Source of the DNA: a bacterium | GTDB lineage: Bacteria; SZUA-182; DTGQ01; JAFGSM01 | NCBI GenBank assembly: GCA_049472335.1 | Contig: JBLIRO010000114.1 | Location: forward strand, 1 to 12,555 | Direction: 5' to 3' | DNA length: 12,555 nt | Shown here: positions 7,765 through 12,555 of the stretch, piece after piece | Layout of the letters: each line of letters begins with the position of its first letter | Position numbering within the stretch: the stretch's first letter is position 1 | Notes under the pieces: model-generated | Told to the model about the DNA's origin: nothing | The model's input: the letters and a program-made list of their open reading frames with translations, nothing else | Database searches by the model: none | Made by a program: the position numbers and the translations under genes

Positions 7765-8232
7765 ATGTCATCTTACATTGACTGGATTCGCAATTATGTA
7801 GGTCATAACAAATTACTCCTTGTCTTTGCCAGCGCATGTATCAGGGACGATAACGGGCGCTTGCTCTGGCAGCGGAGGTCGGATTTTGATTGGTGGGGGC
7901 TGCCCGGGGGTATTCTTGAACTGGGTGAATCCCTGTCCGAATGCATCGTTCGTGAAGTAAGAGAGGAGACCGGATTGGAGGTCGAACCTTCCCGTCTTGT
8001 CGGCATATACAGTTCTCCTGATTTTGATGTAACCTATCCAAATGGTGACCTGGTTCAACAGGTAACGGCCTGTTTTGATTGCCGTATTGTGGGAGGGAAA
8101 TTAATGCCTGACAAGAATGAGATACTGGACTTAGCCTGGTTTCCAATGGATGAAATTCCTTCCACTTCCCCCTGGTACTTGGCAATGGTAAAGGATTTAG
8201 CCCTGGGAAAAAAAACAGCGGCTTTCGATTAG
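7765..8232 (+). CDS. Nudix (MutT-family) hydrolase
   Basis: Nudix box GILELGESLSECIVREVREETGL (GX5EX7REUXEEXGU). The N-terminal YI..IR..VGH..L and the YPNGD motif are typical of a widespread Nudix subfamily. Confidence 0.92.
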   Translation: MSSYIDWIRNYVGHNKLLLVFASACIRDDNGRLLWQRRSDFDWWGLPGGILELGESLSECIVREVREETGLEVEPSRLVGIYSSPDFDVTYPNGDLVQQVTACFDCRIVGGKLMPDKNEILDLAWFPMDEIPSTSPWYLAMVKDLALGKKTAAFD

Positions 8233-8279
8233 GGAACTTCCTGCAGACAAAAGGCATATCCGAGTAAACAGTTTGTCCT

Positions 8280-9311
8280 TCATGTAATAAACATTGCATC
8301 TCCATAGCTGTAAAAACGATATTTCTTTTTTATGGCCAGGTTGTATGCCTCCATAATCAAATCATATCCTCCAAAGGCACACACCAATATAAGAAGCGTG
8401 GAGAGGGGAAGGTGGAAATTGGTTATCAATGCATCCACAGCCTTGAACCGGAAACCCGGGGTGATAAAAAGATCTGTCCACCCTTGCAAGGATGAAAGGG
8501 TGGGCGTGCCTTTTTGATATATGGTTTCAAGTGTCCTTGTGGTTGTTGTGCCTATGGCTATTATCCTTCTGCCGCTATTTTTGGCTGTCGTGATCATCTT
8601 CAGGTCTTTAGGCGTTATACTATATATCTCTTTATCCATAACATGATCTTCGATCTCATTTTCCCTGATGGGCTTGAAGGTCCCGGGACCAACATGCAAT
8701 GTCACAAAAGCCATCTCTATACCCATCCCCTTTATCTTATTTAAAAGTCTTTTGGTAAAATGAAGCCCGGCAGTGGGTGCTGCTATTGCCCCTGTATGTT
8801 TAGCAAAAACCGTTTGATACCTTTTTAGATCCAGAGGTAATGAGTTGGGCCTTTTTATATAGGGTGGCAATGGCATTTGACCATATTTTTCTAATAAGCT
8901 AAAGAAATCCCCCTCCCATTCAAAACGCACCTTACATTTCCCATCCCCTTCTTTACCCTCAACAATCCCTGAAAGCCTTTTGGTGGCAAAAACGAGCCTT
9001 TGTCCGATCTTAACCTTTCCCTTAATCATACAAAACCAAGATCCCTTTTCTGTTGGATAAATAAGAAGGACCTCCAGTTTGCCTCCAGTGTATTCTTTTG
9101 TTGCATGAAGGCGTGCCGGAAAGACCCGGGTATTATTGAGCACCATAAGATCTTTGGGATATAGATAATTGACGATATCTCTGAACCCTCCTTCCTCAAT
9201 ATGCCCTGATTTTCGGTCTATAATCATAAGTCGTGAGCGGTCTCTAATTTGGACGGGATTTTGTGCGATCAATTCCGAAGGAAGAGAAAAATCGAATGCC
9301 GATAGCTTCAT
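8280..9311 (-). CDS. queA: S-adenosylmethionine:tRNA ribosyltransferase-isomerase
   Basis: FDFSLPSELIAQNP, NNTRVFPARL, MPLPPYIKR, AAPTAGLHF, LHVGPGTFKP, TNFHLP and YRFYSYGDAM motifs. Confidence 0.97.
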   Translation of the reverse strand: MKLSAFDFSLPSELIAQNPVQIRDRSRLMIIDRKSGHIEEGGFRDIVNYLYPKDLMVLNNTRVFPARLHATKEYTGGKLEVLLIYPTEKGSWFCMIKGKVKIGQRLVFATKRLSGIVEGKEGDGKCKVRFEWEGDFFSLLEKYGQMPLPPYIKRPNSLPLDLKRYQTVFAKHTGAIAAPTAGLHFTKRLLNKIKGMGIEMAFVTLHVGPGTFKPIRENEIEDHVMDKEIYSITPKDLKMITTAKNSGRRIIAIGTTTTRTLETIYQKGTPTLSSLQGWTDLFITPGFRFKAVDALITNFHLPLSTLLILVCAFGGYDLIMEAYNLAIKKKYRFYSYGDAMFIT

Positions 9312-9317
9312 TTTATT

Positions 9318-10475
9318 TTAATAGGCAACATCCATACTTGCCATAGGATAGTAGTGGTTAATAATGTCTTTATAATTGGCTCCTTGTTCTGCCATGGCTT
9401 TAGCGCCCCACTGGCAAAGTCCCACACCGTGTCCCCACCCTAATCCTTTGAAGACAAAAGAGCCATCCTCTTCTTGTGCCGTAATTTGAAAATTAGTGCT
9501 CCGGATGATGTTGTTGCCTATCAGCGCTCTCAGTTGTTTTCCGTTTATGATCTCTCGACCGAGTGAATGAGTAATCAGAAGGGTCTCTATCCGGCCATTT
9601 GGATTGCGATTCAAAACGCGGATAGAGTTAATGGTTCCCATTCGATAGAGTTGCCTTAAAAAAAGATTTCTGAGATGAACGGAACTGATTTCGTTTTCCC
9701 ATTCAAAGTGTGGGGAGAATTTACAAAATTCACATGGTACACCAATGAGGGCTGGATGGTCATAAAAGACATATTGTGCATCCTCTGTATGTCCACCGCA
9801 GCAAGCATGATAGAATGCAGGAAGATAGCCTCCTGTTGAAATCAACACTTCACCCTTGGTGTTTTCAACGGCCAGGTTTGTCTTAGGGTCTTCTCCGGCA
9901 ATCCCCGAATAAACCTGAGAGTCCGAAGATGCTTTTAGATCGTACCCCCCGGCCTGATTTCTGTCGAGCTGGTATAGTGCATAGGTACGGGCCACTACTG
10001 CTTGAGCCTTTAGACTTTCAAAGGGCCAGGAAGGGGATATCTCAGACTTCATCAATCCCATTACATATTCCTCTACATTAAGCCTGTTTATTACTTCGAG
10101 CCTCCATTGGGGATTCAGACGTATAAGTATATCTCCCCTGTAATAGTAATTCCCTGCTTTAATCGGTTTTCCGTCAAGAGAGCTTATTGCTAAATGTTTT
10201 GATTCGATATCTTTGCCCGAGAACCTTATGCCTGAAGGAATAGGAGAAAACTCAAAAGGAGTCTCTTCCTTGGAGTTGAATGTACCCAGATCCTCTCCCT
10301 TGTCCGTAGTTATCCGGATTTTCCCTTCACCTTGAATTGAAACCTTTTGAGCTGTCTCGTCGATTAAAATCCTGACCACGGGAGTGGACCATGGAATTGC
10401 AATAAAAGGTCCCCAAAAAAGTAAAAAAAGCATTAATCCGAGGTATATGATTATAAACCTAGATCGTATTTTCAT
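9318..10475 (-). CDS. SpoIID/LytB domain protein (putative peptidoglycan lytic transglycosylase), N-terminal signal/anchor
   Basis: YRG, EEYV.G....E, LKAQAVVARTYA, SQVYSG, FYHACCGGHTED and GWGHGVGLCQWGA motifs; hydrophobic N-terminus. Confidence 0.93.
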   Translation of the reverse strand: MKIRSRFIIIYLGLMLFLLFWGPFIAIPWSTPVVRILIDETAQKVSIQGEGKIRITTDKGEDLGTFNSKEETPFEFSPIPSGIRFSGKDIESKHLAISSLDGKPIKAGNYYYRGDILIRLNPQWRLEVINRLNVEEYVMGLMKSEISPSWPFESLKAQAVVARTYALYQLDRNQAGGYDLKASSDSQVYSGIAGEDPKTNLAVENTKGEVLISTGGYLPAFYHACCGGHTEDAQYVFYDHPALIGVPCEFCKFSPHFEWENEISSVHLRNLFLRQLYRMGTINSIRVLNRNPNGRIETLLITHSLGREIINGKQLRALIGNNIIRSTNFQITAQEEDGSFVFKGLGWGHGVGLCQWGAKAMAEQGANYKDIINHYYPMASMDVAY

Positions 10476-10478
10476 CTT

Positions 10479-11042
10479 TCACTCCTTCATCAGAGCAGAA
10501 TTGGGTCTTCCGCTACCCAGGTATCTGTCGCGTTCGCTATAAATACAACCACAATATTTTTGACGATAAAGGCCCAATACCTTTGATTTTTCTATTCCCT
10601 CTTTCCATCCCTCGCGAAAATCTTTAGCAAGGAATTTCACCCCGTATCTTTGCCCTAAGCTTTCACCGATCTGGCATATAGTTTCATGATCCTGATATTT
10701 GCTATAAAGAAGTGTGGTTGTAAAAAAGGAAAATTTTCCGTGACGTGCTAAAATAACTGTCTCTTTAAGCCTCATATGATAACAGAAAAGACACCGCCTT
10801 TCTTCTCTGAAGGTTACACCCCTCAGGAAATCCTCTATATTATAGTCATCACGCCATATAATTTTTATACCCTCACTTTCCCCAAGATCTTTGAGGGCTT
10901 GAAGCCTTTTTTGGTATTCGGTATATGGATGGATATTGGGATTATAAAATAGACCGTGGACCTTATAATTTTCCTTTAACAAGGCCTCATAAGGATATAG
11001 GAAACAGGGCGCACAACATATATGAACCAAAACCTTTTTCAT
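10479..11042 (-). CDS. queH: Epoxyqueuosine reductase QueH (DUF208)
   Basis: HICCAPC, FYNPNIHPYTEY, RCLFCY, FTTTL and YRQKYCGCIYS motifs; same operon as queA. Confidence 0.93.
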   Translation of the reverse strand: MKKVLVHICCAPCFLYPYEALLKENYKVHGLFYNPNIHPYTEYQKRLQALKDLGESEGIKIIWRDDYNIEDFLRGVTFREERRCLFCYHMRLKETVILARHGKFSFFTTTLLYSKYQDHETICQIGESLGQRYGVKFLAKDFREGWKEGIEKSKVLGLYRQKYCGCIYSERDRYLGSGRPNSALMKE

Positions 11043-11053
11043 TTTAGACCATT

Positions 11054-11082
11054 AAATTAGCAGGCTGGGTTTTTTTTGTCAA
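11054..11082 (-). promoter_or_regulatory. Sigma70-type promoter of the queH-spoIID-queA operon
   Basis: Minus strand: TTGACA (11082-11077), 17-nt spacer ending in TGC (extended -10), TAATTT (11059-11054). Confidence 0.65.
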
Positions 11083-11146
11083 GGCAATTTGGCTAATTAT
11101 TTGCACGACATAAATCTATATTTAGTGGTGCTTACAAAGAAAGTCC

Positions 11147-11175
11147 TTGACATATTCGTACTTTCGTATTATTTT
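11147..11175 (+). promoter_or_regulatory. Candidate divergent sigma70-type promoter for the lipoprotein gene
   Basis: TTGACA (11147-11152), 17 nt, TATTTT (11170-11175); overlapped by three TTCGTA direct repeats. Confidence 0.45.
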
Positions 11176-11253
11176 TCGTATTATTCTATTCTGGTTTTAA
11201 TCTTAATGGAAAAATTGTAATAGCTCACCACAGAGACACAGAGGCGCTGAGAA

Positions 11254-11343
11254 ATGATTTTAAAAGGAAAACTTGCAGTGCGGATAATTGGGGTAGCGAT
11301 AGAAGTTCATCAGCATAGAGGGAATAAAGAGGCTTGTCTTTTG
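11254..11343 (+). pseudogene. Internally deleted GxxExxY-family gene relic
   Basis: ATG 11254 reads MILKGKLAVRIIGVAIEVHQH, like the family N-terminal IIGAAIEVHR block. It is followed at once, in the +1 frame from 11318, by EGIKRLVF, like the family C-terminal GIKR.V block. Family match is from memory. Confidence 0.7.
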
Positions 11344-11349
11344 GTTTTT

Positions 11350-11381
11350 CTCTGTGTCTCTGTGTCTCTGTGTCTCTGTGT
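11350..11381 (+). repeat. Tandem octamer (CTCTGTGT)x4 in the right arm of the element
   Basis: Four perfect copies read directly, followed by the variant CTCCGTGG. The left arm has CACAGAGA, CACAGAGG, CGCTGAGA (11229-11252). Confidence 0.95.
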
Positions 11382-11441
11382 CTCCGTGGTGAGCTAAGCT
11401 GTTACGATTTTTATTGGCAATGAAGGGTGGAAAAGATTTCT

Positions 11442-12555
11442 ATGAGTAATAAGAACCTTAAATGCTTTGAGTTTGTCTTGATTGGCGTTATTCTCATGAG
11501 CATGGGATTTGGATGTGCAAAGGCCAGGAGCATGAGGAGAGCGATGTCCCAGGATTTACAGGGTGAAGATCTATTTACGACAGCAGAGTGGTTTTTCAAT
11601 AAAGGAGAGCTTGAAAAAGCAAAGGCATTCTATGAAAAATATCTCTCCTCAGAACCCGGTTCCTTACAAGCCGATAATGCCCTTTTCCGGCTTGGAGAGA
11701 TTGCCATGGCAAGAGGAGATTTTATCAAAAGCCTTGAGCTTTTCCAGGAACTGCCAAACAGGTTTCCAGGTAGTGAACTTATCCCTTCCGCCAGATTCCA
11801 GGCAGCCCGTTCACTTTATCTCAATCTTTCCTGGGATAGTGCAATGCACGCTCTAAAAAGATTTCAGGAAGATTTTCCGGTGAGTCAATACAATCCGGAA
11901 GTAATGCTAATTCTTGCGGATATCTTCATTAAAATAAGGGAATATGCAAAGGCAAAGGAAGAAATTATTAGTTTTTTGAACCTTTTTCCTGAATCTTCAT
12001 TAAAACACAGAGCCCTTTATCTTTTCGGTCTGAGTGAGATGTACCTTGGAGAGACAGAGGAGGCCATCAATCATTTAACAATTTCTCTTACAGGAAAACT
12101 TCCGGATGATAAAAGACAGGATGCCCTTTATGCACTGGGAACTCTCTCTCTCATGAAGAATGATCTGCTTACAGCCGTGGAGTATTTTTCAGACCTGGTT
12201 AAATCTCTCGAAACAGGCGAACGGAAGGAGCGGATACAAAAAAAGGTTGGGGACCTTATCCGGGAACGATTAAATGAAGATGATCTGAAGGCCATTATTC
12301 AACGCCATCCAACTGATTTTCCGGGAGATTTGGCCATGATGGAGATGGCAGAACGAAAATTCGACCAGGGAGAATTGTTCGATGCTCGTTATTACCTGGA
12401 GATGGTGGTTTCGGGTTTTCCTGAACATCCTGAAATCCCTTACATAAAGAAAAAACTTTCTACCTTCGATGAAAAACATGATGAAGGGAGAATCGTTAGA
12501 AAATTTGGATGTATCGCCCCGCTTACCGGGCCATTATCAGGATATGGAGAGAAAA
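11442..12555 (+). CDS. Lipoprotein with TPR repeats followed by a type 1 periplasmic-binding domain (LpoA/LppC-like); truncated by the window end
   Basis: Not in the ORF track (no stop in the window). Manual translation: MSNKNLKCFEFVLIGVILMSMGFG-C (lipobox-like, Cys25), TPR-like units (ADNALFRLGEI, RFPGS, FPESS, ALYLFG, ALYALG), ending KFGCIAPLTGPLSGYGEK, the typical first strand of a type 1 PBP fold. The frame is open to 12555. Confidence 0.85.
   Translation, partial: MSNKNLKCFEFVLIGVILMSMGFGCAKARSMRRAMSQDLQGEDLFTTAEWFFNKGELEKAKAFYEKYLSSEPGSLQADNALFRLGEIAMARGDFIKSLELFQELPNRFPGSELIPSARFQAARSLYLNLSWDSAMHALKRFQEDFPVSQYNPEVMLILADIFIKIREYAKAKEEIISFLNLFPESSLKHRALYLFGLSEMYLGETEEAINHLTISLTGKLPDDKRQDALYALGTLSLMKNDLLTAVEYFSDLVKSLETGERKERIQKKVGDLIRERLNEDDLKAIIQRHPTDFPGDLAMMEMAERKFDQGELFDARYYLEMVVSGFPEHPEIPYIKKKLSTFDEKHDEGRIVRKFGCIAPLTGPLSGYGEK

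Larger units (their letters stand above)
11210..11412. mobile_element. MITE-like element with long octamer-based terminal inverted repeats
   Basis: TAGCTCACCACAGAGACACAGAG (11221-11243) and CTCTGTGTCTCCGTGGTGAGCTA (11374-11396) are a 22/23 inverted match. Outer arms AAAAATTGTAA (11210-11220) and TTACGATTTTT (11402-11412) match 10/11. Mobility is inferred, not shown. Confidence 0.7.

Noticed and set aside
8221..8279. Nudix gene as a truncated tandem-Nudix protein
   Set aside because: The single domain is complete and no second Nudix box is visible; this cannot be supported without an alignment.
1693..12479. Remaining short ORF-track entries nested in or antisense to leuC, leuD, pilD, the HNH gene, Nudix, queA and the lipoprotein gene
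   Set aside because: They overlap well-supported genes and show no motifs; treated as shadow ORFs.

Overview
Bacterial genomic window with housekeeping genes on both sides of an AT-rich accessory islet. Left (+ strand): a secreted Gly/Tyr/Met low-complexity tandem-repeat protein with its own terminator, then an archaeal-type LeuC/LeuD (IPMI/homoaconitase-family) pair, pgpA (true start upstream of the ORF-track call and non-canonical) and pilD. Middle: a convergent short phasin-like gene, about 680 bp of intergenic DNA, an HNH nuclease with a long helical C-terminus, an addiction-module/RelE-ParE toxin-antitoxin pair and a Nudix hydrolase. Right (- strand): queH-spoIID/lytB-queA, with no tgt after queA. 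At the right edge is a divergent, window-truncated TPR + periplasmic-binding-domain lipoprotein (LpoA/LppC-like) that is absent from the ORF track. The most striking unannotated structure is a ~200 bp MITE-like element (11210-11412). It has long terminal inverted repeats built from a CACAGAGA/CTCTGTGT octamer, enclosing what reads as the fused N- and C-termini of an internally deleted GxxExxY-family gene. All family calls are from motif recognition by eye; no searches were run.
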